A DNA stretch of 63,379 bases, the filler included, from Sphacelaria rigidula (lineage: Eukaryota), in NCBI GenBank assembly GCA_964200075.2. It is 11 parts of 11 records of this genome, joined end to end, with 100 filler letters (N's around TTAATTAATTAA, not from the genome) between each part and the next. Parts side by side here need not be neighbours in the genome. Positions count along the whole stretch, not along the records: positions 34,627 to 40,297 come from CAXNAA020025399.1; positions 40,398 to 46,068 come from CAXNAA020025400.1; positions 46,169 to 51,839 come from CAXNAA020025401.1; 8 more parts are not named here. One strand, written 5' to 3'. The notes under the pieces are model-generated. The model did no database searches and had not been told where the DNA came from. It was given only the letters and a program-made list of their open reading frames with translations. How positions within the stretch are numbered: position 1 is the stretch's first letter; every line of letters begins with the position of its first letter. Positions 35,853 through 49,200 of this stretch are shown here, in pieces. The position numbers and the translations under genes are program-made.

Positions 35853-38800
35853 GGCGAGGCAGGAGGGCGCGGCGGACAGCGAGTAAAAATCGAATGTTGA
35901 CAGCTTGCCGGGGTTCGGGGACTTCCCTGCGGATGGGGGCACCCACTTGCAGCGGCATGCTTCGTAGTGGTGAGCATCCAGTTGTGTCTAATTTTTGCAA
36001 CATTTACACTGCGCTAGAATATAATCAATGTATATGCTGGGAGAGAGACGACGCAAAACATCTCTCGATAAACGAGACACCGTGTCCGTATCACCCGGTA
36101 TAAAGTAATCGAGGAGTGTGTCCTGTGCACCACCTCCTTCTTGGAATACCTGTCGACCGTAGGACTCCTGGATGCCGAGAAAGCATGACCTATCTTGAAT
36201 GCTGTTCATATTTCCATCGTGAATTGATTAGCATTAGTAATGTTGTTGTTCCCGTTATTACCACAATTAGTATTTTGCGCGCATCAGGCGCTTGTCTCGA
36301 AGCAGCGGTCACAGGCGTGTGCCGGTATTTCGAATCATGTCCCGGCATCCCTTGCAAAACGTGACATCGAATCGTGTATTCACAGATTCCCGAACACCTG
36401 AAAAAGAACACGGGCAGAAAATGAGAGGGAAAAAAAACCCGTCAACATGCAGAGAGGTAGTAGCTTTCCCCCCGTTCATCGCTGTAACGTAAATACAAAA
36501 CCTGTTATTTGTCCCGAGAAGGTATGAAGGATAACAAGGAAATAAAATCAATTCAAGAGAGAAAGACGAACTTGAATCGTTCACGACGGTCATTGCGCGA
36601 CCGACCAAGCACGCAGTTTGCCCAAACGAGCTCCGCATTTCACAGGGTTTACGCACTACCTTTCACGCTGTAGTCATGGTATCACTGACCTAGGATCGCC
36701 GAGAAGCCGGGGCGGAACATGCCGGGATTTCGCTGGCCCACAGTCGTAATTAATCGCCAAGCGCGAATCGCGAATAAACGTTCGGGGAGTGGCGGGAAGA
36801 GTGAGTTCCACCCTCACAGTTTTGAAGATCCGGAAGCGTACTAACCATTTTGCGAATGGCATAGACCAAGGCTGTGCTTCATTTCCTGGTGTCAACAATC
36901 CCACATGCAGAGACGGGTACCACACTTACGCCTTGGGTGTCTCATGAGAGGGGCATTAACCCCTTCAGATCGATGTTGGGAATGCTTTCACAGCCCATAT
37001 ATATCGTTTCTCCCTCTTCATTGCTCTACCGCCGGAAAGATACGTATTTCGAGCGCCAAAAGGTCGATGTCACCCGCTGTCAATCCAGCCCGGAAGCTGT
37101 TCGATATTGCCCGCAGTGATGATTCTTGTATCGGAACGTGCACCGAATGTATGGTATTTTCCCCCAACTCGAAGTTCGGATGAAGCCTGCACCGCGACGA
37201 GAGGAGGCACGCGTGCAAATCATTGGAAATTGTCGCAGACAAAAATACCTGCAAAGATCCCCCACAGTAGTTCACGTTGAGCTCTGACATGGCAACTTCA
37301 TGTTGAAGTGATCGGCGGAATTGAAGACGCCATACCGTTGTCGTGCGCGCTTGTTACTGGCACTGGTGCAGGTTTTCACCTCGGGTAGTTTTAACGTTGT
37401 ACCCCTTGGGCATGGGACGAAGGGCGCCGCAGGATGGCAGGACGTGACGGTTCAAGGGAGGAAGTGCGTAGGGGCGGGGCTGAAAACATTACGCTGTGGT
37501 AACGTCGGTCGCCCGGTGACACTGCCACGCGAATCTCAGCGTCGGGATCCAGTGGCGAGTGTACTTGACCGCCGTGCTTGATGTGTCACCGTCCGAGCGT
37601 CAAACGTGATGGGCGGTTAATTGTTGGATGGTATAACGGCGGCAATTACGACGAGATAAATATAAATTGTGTTTGTACGGTTAGACGGCGTTTTTGCGGG
37701 AGCGGGGGCGGGTAGAGGCGAGTGCTTGATGTCGTGTAATGGCGCCGGCGTGCTGTGGCGTCATTAGTGTGGCGCGGTGTTTTACGGTAACACTTATTCC
37801 AGTTTGTATCATTCGCCGAGCGGTGCGATGCATTGATATGTGTCGGTACGTTCTCAAGGCGCGGAGCGATTGGGAAGTAGGCGCGTGGGACAACGGGGCA
37901 CGAAAAACCTCTGTCGAGCTTGACAATGTGCATGCTCGTGCGGTGCGCACGGCTTGCTACCGACGATCCCCCCACTTTGTTTCTCTTCTTTTTATTTTCG
38001 TTGCATTTATTACTTCTGTTATTCGATTGTTCTCTGGTTTTGTATCGCGTCAGAAAACTCGTGCGCCGTCCCTCCTTGAAATTTTCCTGTACCTGGGCTG
38101 GAATGTTTTTCATCACATGATATCAAGGATATTCATGGTCTTCGTATCCCAGCGCCACGGGAATGAGCGGTCAGAACATTCGTGCGCCGTCCTTGCCTAA
38201 AGTTTTCTGTCGCAGTCGATTGTACGTGTGTTATGTCACTGTAAATGCCGAGAAAGGCTTCAAAATTTTACGCAAAGTCTAAGCGATAAATATCCGTCAC
38301 AACAACTTTGACTGCGGAAGACACACCCACGGTGTTGCATTGACTGCACCGGGAGTACGGGTGCACACTGCTGGCGTCAGATGTGCTTTCCTCAGTGTTC
38401 ACGTCGCCTGTTTACCAAGGCGGTATTCCGTAGTATGGCTCCCCTGAAATTTGCACTGAGCAAGTATACTGCTTACTGTGTGGAAAATATGGTCGCGATT
38501 CAAATGACATGCGATGCTGTATGCAGTATACCTGTCGCGATAGTGGGTTGTCCAGGTTGCGGGAAGTGCATACTAAGATCAAACGAAAGTGAGATGAGGT
38601 CCGCAAAACGCCGATAAGGTACCCGTCAGGGAAACGTTAACAGTTTCACGTGGAAGCATGTGAGCGCAGACTATCAGGTTGATTGCGGTCGAAAAAAATA
38701 CAACAACCTCCCCTGTCTTTCTCACGCCGCCGTGGTGAGGGACAGACAAAGTCTGGCACTGTGAGGGAAGACACGTTGCCCGCTGCCCGAGCAGGTTCAC

Positions 38801-39989
38801 AGTGCTCCTTGCCTGATCACACTCTCCTCTTCGGCTACTCTGCGTGGCCGCGTGTTGCTCGATACGGCGCCTGAACCTCAACGGCATTCGCCCTTGACAC
38901 ATGAAAAACCTTGACTGTTGGGTATTTCCCGTCTTGGTGCCAGCCTCGAGCGACAGGGGCCGACGTAAACAACAAGGGTGGTAAGATTTACCCCTGGCGC
39001 CGCACGGATTTCGTATCGTTACCCTGTAGAACGGCCATTAGAAAGTGTTCTAGTTTTCGGAATCACTACAGCATCGTGCATTATCATCGTTTCGAACCAC
39101 GCTGCGCTTAAAACGCCTTCGATCGCCGCAACTCCTGCATCAACACCAACCTGCGGCTTCAGGCCATACATACGTCAAGTTTTAGCACCATTAGACGCCA
39201 GGTGTACTGTGCTGGGGCGCCCATCTCCAAAAATACGGCCTCCATGTCATCGATTGATTGATTGTCGCACTTCAACTGACGCCCCAGGGGTCCAGCCGTG
39301 GTCTCATGGTAGACGTACCCAAGAAATCAAACTGATCATTGAAAAGGAATAACACTGCCTGCTTAGTCAGTTACCACGACTTGTATAGTCTTCAGGAAGG
39401 AGAACAACAGCACCGGGTTGGCTGCTGCTGTGGGCATGGTTCGAATGTCCACTTTTTAAAATACCAAAAAATCGCGTATACTCCACCCGACACGCTCTTG
39501 TATTCTTCACAACTCAGAAGTTCAGCTTGCGGCCCTGTGTTCAGATTTCACCGCCCATGTCTTTCTCTTCTGACGATGTTTACAAAAGCTTAATTATCCA
39601 ACTCCATTTCCGAATATTGTATGAAACTTCCAGCATTTCATCTTCTATGGTCGTTCATCCCGAAAGGGGGAATGGAACTCCTGTACACAATTGATTGAGT
39701 AGCCTATAGAGATTATTAGACACAAGCCTCAAAATCAACGTCTCGATTAATGTTACTCGGGTGGGCCACAGCCACCGTCCGCGCCCTCAACAGCCCAATA
39801 ATCCGCGTGGAATGCTGGTCAAACTCCAGTTGAATCGTTCAACGCTGATGACTGCAACATCCTGTCTACCGCTGTGCTATCGATACCCGCCTTTTGAAAG
39901 TCGACGGCCGACCCCCTACTCATCCCTGTCTACTTTTGGCTGCTAGTTGCTGAGTCGCAACCTGCTTGCACGCGCGTCCTAATGACGTT

Positions 39990-40297
39990 TCATTGTCGTA
40001 TGGCCTCCTTACATGTATCCATTCGACAGCTTCCTGCCGTATTTTTCTCTCGCGGGATGGATGGTAGATTGCATGTCGATGTTTTTCTCGTGTTTCCTCC
40101 GTTTTCTTAGCTTCCCTTTGATTTACCCATGTGTCCTTTTAGGAGTATTTCCAGCGATGCACGAGTATTCCCCTGCACCTGTGTGTCCCTCTCGAGCCTC
40201 AAGAAGGGTGGGGGGGGGGGGGGGACTCATCAAGGGATGGGGAAGAGGGGGGGAGGGTCCTCATTGGTCGCGCGCCTTAGTCATTTGGCTGGTTACC
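39990..40297 (-). mobile_element. Decayed LINE fragments, including the family 3' tail
   Basis: Minus strand CCAAATGACTAAGGCGCGCGACCAATGAGGAC plus a C-run matches the tails at 15030-15070 and 51720-51785. The adjacent purine-rich remnant resembles 14230-14350. Confidence 0.5.
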
Positions 40298-40397
40298 NNN
40301 NNNNNNNNNNNNNNNNNNNNNNNNNNNNNNNNNNNNNNNNNTTAATTAATTAANNNNNNNNNNNNNNNNNNNNNNNNNNNNNNNNNNNNNNNNNNNN

Positions 40398-40482
40398 GTG
40401 TCTGTAGTCCTTCTGGTGTCCCTGAAATCCCCACAAAATCATCCGCGAACATCAATCCTGATACCACATCTTCAATCATGGT
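40398..40482 (-). mobile_element. LINE reverse transcriptase fragment
   Basis: EDVVSGLMFADDFVGISGTPEGLQT, the non-LTR RT (F/Y)ADD motif. Cut by the contig start. Confidence 0.8.
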
Positions 40483-40572
40483 CAGCGGGGGGGTGGTAAA
40501 GGTCCTGCTCCCACACGGGCTGTTTCCCCAGGGTATGGAACGCAAGGGGTTGCTAGTAGTGCGGATAAGATA

Positions 40573-43500
40573 GTGCCGCCCCAGCCTTCCGCTCCGGCTC
40601 CTGCAGCTCAAACCCAACTGCCGGCGGGACCGGCTCAGGAGTGGACGTCTCAGACAATGCCGGTATGGCGGGGTCTGCACACCGCTGAGGTCACAGGTTT
40701 ACAGGCTGAGGGTGTAATAGTTGACCGCAAGCAGAGATGCTGTCGGGCAGACTTGTCCGTTCCAGGTTCCACAGTCAAGAACGTTTGCCCTGTTACTGCA
40801 GTTTTGGACACGGGGGCTGGCGTCACTATCATGTCGGAAAAAGTGGCGGCCCAGTTGCAAGCAGCGTACCCTGATGTGTCAGCTGTCACGGGCATGGCTC
40901 GTGCACACCCGGTGAAACTAGCTGATGGTAATGTACGGAGTATGCAGTCGAAGACGTGCCTAGTGCGCACCGCTCTGCACACCAGCTGGGGGCCAGTGGT
41001 GTTGGATCCGTGTCACTATGCGGTTATGCCAGGTGCCGATGATGTGGTGATCCTCCGGAGCGGTACGCTGGAGGTCATGGGCATTGACGTGTACAGTGGG
41101 CTGGACGCATGCGCACGCTCAAGACACGCGTTGGTGAGAGGTGTAGATACGCCTGAATTCCGAGAATGTAGGCGTGTGAGCGTTGCGATTGAGGCGTTGC
41201 AGGATCCAGGTGGACAAGAAGAGCCTGTGGATCCCTACGTTGAGCGATTGATGTCGCGTGGTCCCGAAATGGACATGAATCTAGAGGAGGAGCTGGCAGA
41301 GCGTCGTGTTGCACTGGATCATGCAGTAGAGGCGGCTGCGGACCAGGGTATGTCGGCGAGCGGCGTTGATAAGCTTCGGGAGGTTGTTGGGCGCCGTGTC
41401 GACGCTTTTCGGCGAGCACTGCGCGGTGATCTGCCTACTCGAGTAGAGCCCTTGAAGGTGAGATTCAAACCTGGGGCTAGGGCAGTGAAGGCGAGCCCGC
41501 GGGTGTATTCCCCTGTAAAGGCAACATGGTTAGCAGGGTGTATGGCGACGCTGGTGGCGCTTGGGCTAGTATTCGCAGCTTATAGGCGGTGTGGGCGAGT
41601 GCGGCCATGGCGACACCGAAGAAGAGCGGTTATCGACTGGTGAGTGATTATCGCGCGGTAAACAAGCAGATTGAGAAGGTTCCGAATGTTGTGCCTAACC
41701 ACGAGGCGGAGATGATCGACCTGCTGGGCGCTGCGTGTTTTGGCAACATAGATATGCTGCAAGGGTACTGGCAGATGCCGTTGGCGGCTGATGCACAAGA
41801 AATATTCACGATCGCGACTCCCGAAGGTCTGTTTACCCGCACACGGGTGCCGCAAGGGGTGTTGAATGCGACGGGGTACGTCCAGGGCATCATGACAGGG
41901 TTATTGACCGGACTTCAGTGCAAAGTATGGGTGAATGATATCTTGTGGTGGGGTAAAGATGAGGATGATCTCTTGTGTACACTTCACGAGATTTTGGGCC
42001 GTTTAGAGGATGCTGGTCTTTTTGCGGCTGCGCACAAGTGCATGTTCTACGACACACAGATCACGTGGTGCGGAAAGGTCTTTTCAGGTGGCGGCTCATG
42101 ACCGCGAGAGACTGAGCGGGCTGGCCAATCTTAGGCGCCCGCGCACAGCAGGTGACCTTATGCAGTTCCTGCACGCAACACGGGATCTTACAAATTGGGG
42201 ATGGATCTTTTTTGGGGGATGAGAACCCGTAGGTTTCAAATCTCCGCATCCACACTAAATTTTCGGAATATGGTTCCATTTCTTCACCTACTGATAGCCT
42301 TTGACAGCTGCTACACACCACACAAATTTGAATTTCGATCACCGAAATGTTGGGGTCCTAGGTGAAAAACGAATTCTGGGGAATTCCGGGTGTCCGAACG
42401 GACGCCAAAATGGTTCCGAAATTGGTTTCTCATCTAGGACCCCAACATTTCGGTGATCGAAATCCAAATTTCTGTGGCGTGTAGCAGTCGCCAAAAGCTA
42501 TCATTAGGTGAAGAAAAGGAACCATATTTCAAAGATTTGGTGTGGGTACGAAGATTTTAGTTCTCCGGGTTTCTCATCCCCAATAAAAGATCCATCCCCA
42601 ATTTATAAGATCCCGTGTCAGGCGGTAAACTGGCTGAGAAAGTCCCTGCCGCGTCTGGCGGAGGTGGTGGAGCCGCTGCGGGTATTACTGGAGGAACACA
42701 TGCAGGGGACCGTGCGCCGTACCAAGCGAGTGGCGTCAAACCGGACGATCGAGGAGTCGGCATGGACGTCCAGGCGTGCTCAGGCGTGGCACGAGGCGCA
42801 AGGTTTGGTGGCGCATGCCGTCGCTTTGTCATATCCCAAGCAGGGGTATGAGGTTCTCATGTTTCCAGACGCATCGGATCTACATTGGGGCAGTTTTATT
42901 ACGCAGGTACCGGAGGATGAGCTGGGTAGTATATTGGCGGTGGAAGACAGGAGCCATGAGCCGATGGGGTTTCTCAGCGGAACGTTTCGTGGAGCGCAGG
43001 TTCGGCGGGCTACGGTGGACAAGGAAGACTATGCATTCGTACGTACTTTCCGTAGGTTGGAGTATCTTCTCTGGGGTGGGGTACATATCTTTACCGATCA
43101 TCGTAACCTAGCATACATTTTTAACCCCGAGGCGTACGTTGCATCCGTGTCTAAGACTGCTGCCCAGAGGCTCGAGCAATGGAAGGCTGTTCTCGAGCAG
43201 TATGATTACTCCATCAGGCACATTGCTGGTGAGCGCAACTGCTGGGGAGATTTATTGTCAAGGTGGGTAAACGTTCCAGCGGTGTCTGTGCGTGCTGCGG
43301 TCATGTTTGCGAGCGGTCAGCCTGATGAAACGCTGCCGTCGAAGAGCGCTATTCGTGAGGCCCAAGAGCAGGCTCAAGCCGGGTTTGGAGTGATGGATAC
43401 TGGAGCCCCTACCTTTGCAGCAGCTGTTGGGCGAGTTTCAAAAGACGGTGAGGGTTTATTTCGCGTGCATGTAGCAGGGCGGAATGTGTTGTGGATCCCG

Positions 43501-44896
43501 CCGCGAGCAAAAGAGCTGCAAACACGCTTGAAGGTGCACATGAAGGAGGCGGGTCATCGGGGTGTTGTGGCGACACTGCAGCGGCTGCAAGAGTATTGCT
43601 GTTGGTTTCAGATGGAAGCTCATGTGACGGGTTTTGTGAGGAAATGCTTGCATTATGTGGACTCGATCGAAAGCGGCTGAGATGGTCCTGCGGCCACTAG
43701 GGGAAACAGTGCGTGGCACACGGCCCGGTGAGGTGATACATTTTGATTATCTGATTGTTGGCGAAAGTGGCCCGCTGGGTGAGAGCGGCCTGGATGAAGG
43801 CGACGGGTACAAGTACATATTTTTAATGATGGATGATCTGTGCAATTTTGCGTGGTTGGAGCCCACCGAGTCTTGTACAGCTGCAGCGACTGTGCAGCAT
43901 CTGCTGGCGTGGTGCAAGGCGTTGGGTCCGCCGGAGGTCTGGGTTAGTGACACCGCATCGCATTTTAAGAACCATGTGATGCGAGCATTGGAGAAGGCGC
44001 TGAAGCTGGACCGGAGGTTCGCGGTTCCAAACTCGTCGTGGTCAAATGGAACGTGTGAAAGGATGATGCGAGAGGTTGTCCGTACTTTGAAGGCCATGCT
44101 GCAAGATGAGAGGCGCAACGTTCGTGACTGGGTGGGACTGGTGCCTGCCGTACAGTGGGCATTGAACATGGCATTCCGCGAGCGCTACGCCACTACGCCA
44201 TACCATGTGATGTTTGGACGGGCGCCGCGCACAAGTTTTTCAACCCTGGCATCGTCGACCGGCGGCGAGTGGCGACTTGATGTGCTGGATGAGGACATGC
44301 TGCGGGAGAAGGTGGCATCGGTCGTGGAGGCGCAGCAAGCGTTGCACAAGGAGGTGGCACAGCGTGTTGAGAAGACTCATGAACCGCAACGACGTGTAGC
44401 TAGTAAGGGACAGTTGCCAAATTTCATGGTGGGTAACCATGTGTTGGTTGCGAGGGTTAGGCGCTCAGGTACAACGCCAAAACTCGTAAGTACATGGAAA
44501 GGACCATGGAGGATCGTGGCAGCGGAGCATCAACATGTGTACGAGATTCAGAATATCGTCAACGGAGAGGTGAAGGACGCGCATGTCTCCCGTCTACGGT
44601 ACTACGCGGACAAGGAGCTGGAGGTCACTGCGGATCTGAAGGAAGTGTTCCAGTATGTGTTTGCGCAAGGAGAGTTCGAGATGGAGGCGATCGTTGACTT
44701 GTCCGAGGCTCAGGACGGTGATGGGTTCGTTGTACACGTGGAATGGGTAGGTTTCGGCAAGGACGAGAGCTCGTGGGAGTCTCTGGAAACCAATTTGGAA
44801 GGAGCCCCGCAGTTTGTACGTTCTGAATTACGTAAGTTGCGACTAGCAAAGCAGGTACGGGCGCGTTTGCTGGCTAAGTATGGGCTCAAGCTCTGA
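40573..44896 (+). mobile_element. Ty3/gypsy LTR retrotransposon pol (PR-RT-RNase H-IN-chromodomain), inactivated
   Basis: Protease VLDTGA. RT YRLVSDYRAVN, DMLQGYWQ, PQGVLNA and WVND. RNase H FPDAS and FTDHRNL. Integrase HMKEAGH..C, FDYL, WVSDTASHF and SNGTCERM. Chromo-like FVVHVEWVGFGKDESSWE. Several frameshifts and a MITE insertion. Confidence 0.95.
42179..42617. mobile_element. Long-TIR MITE, copy 2, inserted in gypsy pol
   Basis: CACGGGATCTTACAAATTGGGGATGG...CCATCCCCAATTTATAAGATCCCGTG splits the MQFL|QAVNWLR motif. Confidence 0.92.
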
Positions 44897-45494
44897 TTGA
44901 TTGGGTTTCAAACTGTGATTGGTTGTTGGCGTAGTTCATGGATTCTACTATGCAATTTGGTGTACGTTGAGTATACCGCTCAGTTATTGTTTGAATAACA
45001 TGTTGGAGTAGCTCGTGCTGGTGTTTTAGGATTATACTGGGGGGGCATCGTGATTTGACCTGATGCGGTCTGATATTGAATCTTGTCTCTCGCTGACATC
45101 GTAGGATACTGCCGGTGTCTACTGTTTTGTCAAATTCGCTTTCTACTTCGAGAAGTGGGAAGTTTTGGAGGGTGCTGTAGAATAGTCCACCTACAGTATA
45201 CATGCAACATGTAGATATGTGGTGGATCCTGGATTGATTGTTTGGAGGATGACTATTGGATGAATAACATATCGTGTTCGTGAGGAAAGTCCATGAAGCT
45301 TACTTCTGCTTAACGAAGACTGCTGTTTCTATAACTGCTTGAAGTCTTGAAGTCTCTGGAGCCCTGGACACGGAGGAACCCTCTGGAGCAGCACTGTAAC
45401 CTTGTTCTGATTTCAGGCAGGTTCACAGGTTGCAGCTCACAACCTGCATGATATCGCCCACGTTGAAAGTAATCGCGACCTACTCGCAAGCGCT

Positions 45495-46000
45495 GTGTCA
45501 GTATTTCCCCTTGTTGATCCCGACCAGTTCACCGCCCAACAGGGAACAGAGTACAGTCGATATTTTGCATACCTGCGTAACCCAGAGTCTAGTCCACTCC
45601 CACGTAAGGAAACCAAGTACACAATGAGTCATTTCTTCCTTCTCGAAGGACGGCTTTTCAGGTCACATCTATCGGGTAATTTGCGTAAACGATCGGATTT
45701 TCGCGATCAGTTGGTAGTTCCCACCACATTTCGGCCCTTAGTAATGAACGCATACCATGATTTGCCCGCGTTAGGTGGTTACTTGGCCTTCAAAGCCCCT
45801 TATGACCGGATTAGAGGCCGCTATTGATGGCCCTCTATCCATGCCGATGTTCAACGTCATATTGATCATTGTCAGTCTTGTCAACACCGTGAAACATCTC
45901 GCCGCGCACCTCAGCTCCCCATGGGACATCGGTAGGTCACCCGAGCCTTTCAGTGTGTAGCAGTAGAACTGGTCGAGTATAAAACCCTCTCTCGAGGTGA
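45495..46000 (+). mobile_element. Second gypsy family, integrase zinc-binding fragment
   Basis: QLVVP..RPLVMNAYHD...GGYL...RIRGRY*WPSIHADVQRHIDHCQSCQ...AFQCVAVELVEY, with in-frame stops. Confidence 0.85.
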
Positions 46001-46299
46001 CACTTTCTACGATAGCCCCCCCCCCAAAAGTGCATGGTTTGGGGAGGCAAAATCTCCACGTAAATTGANNNNNNNNNNNNNNNNNNNNNNNNNNNNNNNN
46101 NNNNNNNNNNNNTTAATTAATTAANNNNNNNNNNNNNNNNNNNNNNNNNNNNNNNNNNNNNNNNNNNNGGGGACAAAAAAAAAAGAAGCGAAAACTCCGT
46201 CGCAGTAGATTGCGCTACAGAAGTCGGGATTGTACCGACAGAAGCACACGAAGACACATCATTTGGGGGGTTTCTGACAGTAGCACTCGAAGACACAGT

Positions 46300-49200
46300 A
46301 CTCGTGGAATGTTCCCCCATGGCGGGGACTGCAATCGATACGTCATCCGATGTGGGCAGCACACGTTTTGCGAGTTGAGAAGATGAACGCGAATTATGGT
46401 CGAATCTGCAGTTGCCCGTTAAACAACGATGTGCCTGCTCTAGTCAAAGTAATGTCCTGTTTGTACTGTGCCTGGTGTAGAGAGAAGAGGTTAAACTCAA
46501 TACCATCAAGCACATACACGTTAGTGAGCTTCACACAAAAACTAGTGCGCTCAGCCCCGTCAGTCAGTCCCATGTAAAATCTGAGGTTGAGGCTGCCGAC
46601 CGCTCTTACTGGGAGTACAGTACCATCTCCTAGAATCACATTCTCGTTGCTATGAGGGGAACTCGCACATCGAACATCCCCTCCATACTTCCAGTAGTAT
46701 GGTGCGAGGCTCGGGTGTCAGGTATCCACTCTCCCAAATCATCACCTCTCCCCGATACCTCCTCACGATGCATCATAGCATATCCCTGCAAATCAACATT
46801 ACCAAGCCGTAACCGGAACTCGCCTTTTGACACGGAAAATGCCATATATAGTCGTGGATGCTCCGAGGTGGACGTATCGGCAGGCGGAGAAGATGTAGCT
46901 GGGGGGGCTGCCGGCTGCTGGTGCTGCTGTTGTTGGTTGTGAGGTGAGACTGCGGTTTGGTATTGTTGGTGATGAGGGCTGTACTCTGGGTTAGGACAGT
47001 AGGAAGAGTGATGCTGCTGGCCCTATTGTTGGTACTGTTGGAAAGGTTGCTGTGGGTAGTGGTCTGTTGGTGGGGGATGCTGATATTGTTGGGAAGGTTG
47101 CTGTGGGGGACGGTGAGGGTATGGTGGTGCGTGGTATGCAGTAGGCTGGTGGTGCTGCTGATATTGGGGCAGTATTTGGTGTGACGATGCTTCATGACTC
47201 TGCACGCAATGAGCATATCCAGCAGCGTCGAAAGCGTCCCTGCCTGGTGGGGTGAAGTCTTCGTCAGTAGTCGGGGGCTCTCTCCATTGTACGAAGTTTA
47301 CACGCGGGTGAGAGTCCCTCGAATGGCGGGAGTCGCTACAGTGGTGAGGCTTGTTTGCTTGATGGTAGTTGCTGGTGTGATGGGAGTCGTTGGTGTGAGT
47401 ATAGGTGTTGGAGTACTGGTTACGTCGGGGGTAGTTTCCCCGTGATGCGAGGTACGCTGTTCCGGGTTAGGATATCGATTGCCTTGTCGGCGATCAACAT
47501 GACCCCGGACGTCGCCTCGTGTATGGTAATCAACACCTCGATCATGGCATATATTGTAATTGCGAACATTGCATCATGAGGGTTAGAGGGTTGGATTTGG
47601 GTGGTTGTTGTGGGGCTCATGTGGAGATGATAAATGTGATCGGGAATTGAATTCTGGTGATCGTTCATGGTCAGGGTGCTGGTGTGAGGTGGAATTCCCA
47701 CTGCGGTCAGAGCCGCACTCCCGACAGTGGTGGTTTCGCCTGCCCCCCCGGCCTCCGCGTTGCCCTGCCGATACGTCACTTTCAGAGGCACCATGACCTA
47801 AGGCAGATAAAGCATGGTTATTGGACGAGTCCACCCTATTCCTTGATAGTTCCAATTTAGCATGACATGTGCAGTCTTTACCGCACGGTGTAGGGTTTCT
47901 GTATCTATCTCTGACATAGCGAGGAGAATGCCACGCTGTATCTCGTATTCTGAGGACAACCTACGTGCATAGTGCCTGTTTGCATCAGTCTCCGAAATTA
48001 TGGTACCGAAATGATGTCTCTTTTGACAAATTAGATTCGTTCTGCTCAGAACCACCAGAGGAGATTCGCCCGGTGACATCTGTAGTCCTGTCCATTGTTG
48101 TGCCGGGCGGGCTTTCTCTGTAGTAGGGGAAACGGTGTAGTACTGTGCGAAATAATCCCACGACTCACGAGGTGAACCAGGTATTGCGAAGTTTTCGACC
48201 ATGCTGGGGGCTACTATTTGTTCGAGTGTTATGTCGTGGGCTCTTTGTGCTTTTTCTACTGCCCTATACCCATGCTGCCTTATGAACACCTCCTCCGTCT
48301 AATGAAAAACACGAATGGGGTCTTGCACAAACAAAGCACCGTAGCATATCTCGGCGCGAAAATATCCGATCATCGCTGCACATGAAACACATGAAAATTC
48401 GACTCCATACTCGCGTCTGCTTTTACAGAACCGTCCCACGGGTGGATGCTCGTGTTGTTACGTACTCTCACAGTAATACTAGGTTGGGCACGTTTCTCTC
48501 TCACGTAACTATCGTATCGAAAGTCAGGGGAAACACGTGGGTTGCTCTGCTGGTCGCGGTTTCCTGTACTCATCGTGGGGTTACCTTGTGCACCTGCGCC
48601 CGAATGCATATTCCTTTCTGTTTCGTAATCTACAATAGCATCGCGTTTTGCGGCCTCAATAAGTTCTGCCTGTTTTTTGTCCATGAGCCACAGTTTTTCG
48701 GTCTGTTGTACCTCCGTAAGCAAGCCGAAGCTTCTCCGTCAACTCTTCCGTATTGAATTGCTTTGTGTTAGCGATTGGTCGACTCTAATTACCTATCACT
48801 GTTGCTTGTTGTTTTCTCAAACTCTATGAACCCTCACTTTTTGACTTCCTCTCGTTGGCTCAAGCGCTTCAAATGCTGCTGTATTTTGCTCAGATTGTAA
48901 CGAACGCTTACTGCGTGACTTCCTCTCGTTGGCTCAAGCGGTTCAAACGCTGCTGTGTTTTGCTCAGATTGTAACACACGCTAACTGCGTGACTTCCTCT
49001 CGTTGACTCAAGCGCTTTCAACTGCTGCTATATATTGCTCAAACCCGCTTTCTTCCCTGCCATATTTGGCTGCAATCGACCCGTTTCAAATCCGCTAGCG
49101 TAATTGATGAAGAACGTCTCTTAGAGGACGCGCTCTGGACAGGGAAATGTGCGATAACCTCTTGTATTAGACTCTTATACCCTTTTACTCACCAAACATC

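Noticed and set aside
36000..39950. Numerous 60-150 aa ORFs
   Set aside because: They overlap on both strands, have no recognisable motifs or consistent splice pattern, and are expected by chance at this GC content.
42508..42617. N-terminus of the 390-aa ORF as a novel domain
   Set aside because: It is read-through from the MITE arm. The real pol sequence resumes at QAVNWLR.
44900..45420. Copia-like remnant on the minus strand after the gypsy stop
   Set aside because: The composition is suggestive, but I could not read a diagnostic motif. Left unannotated.
46957..47445. Hydrophobic membrane-protein-like ORFs on the plus strand
   Set aside because: They are the antisense shadow of the Gln/Pro/His-rich copia gag linker.
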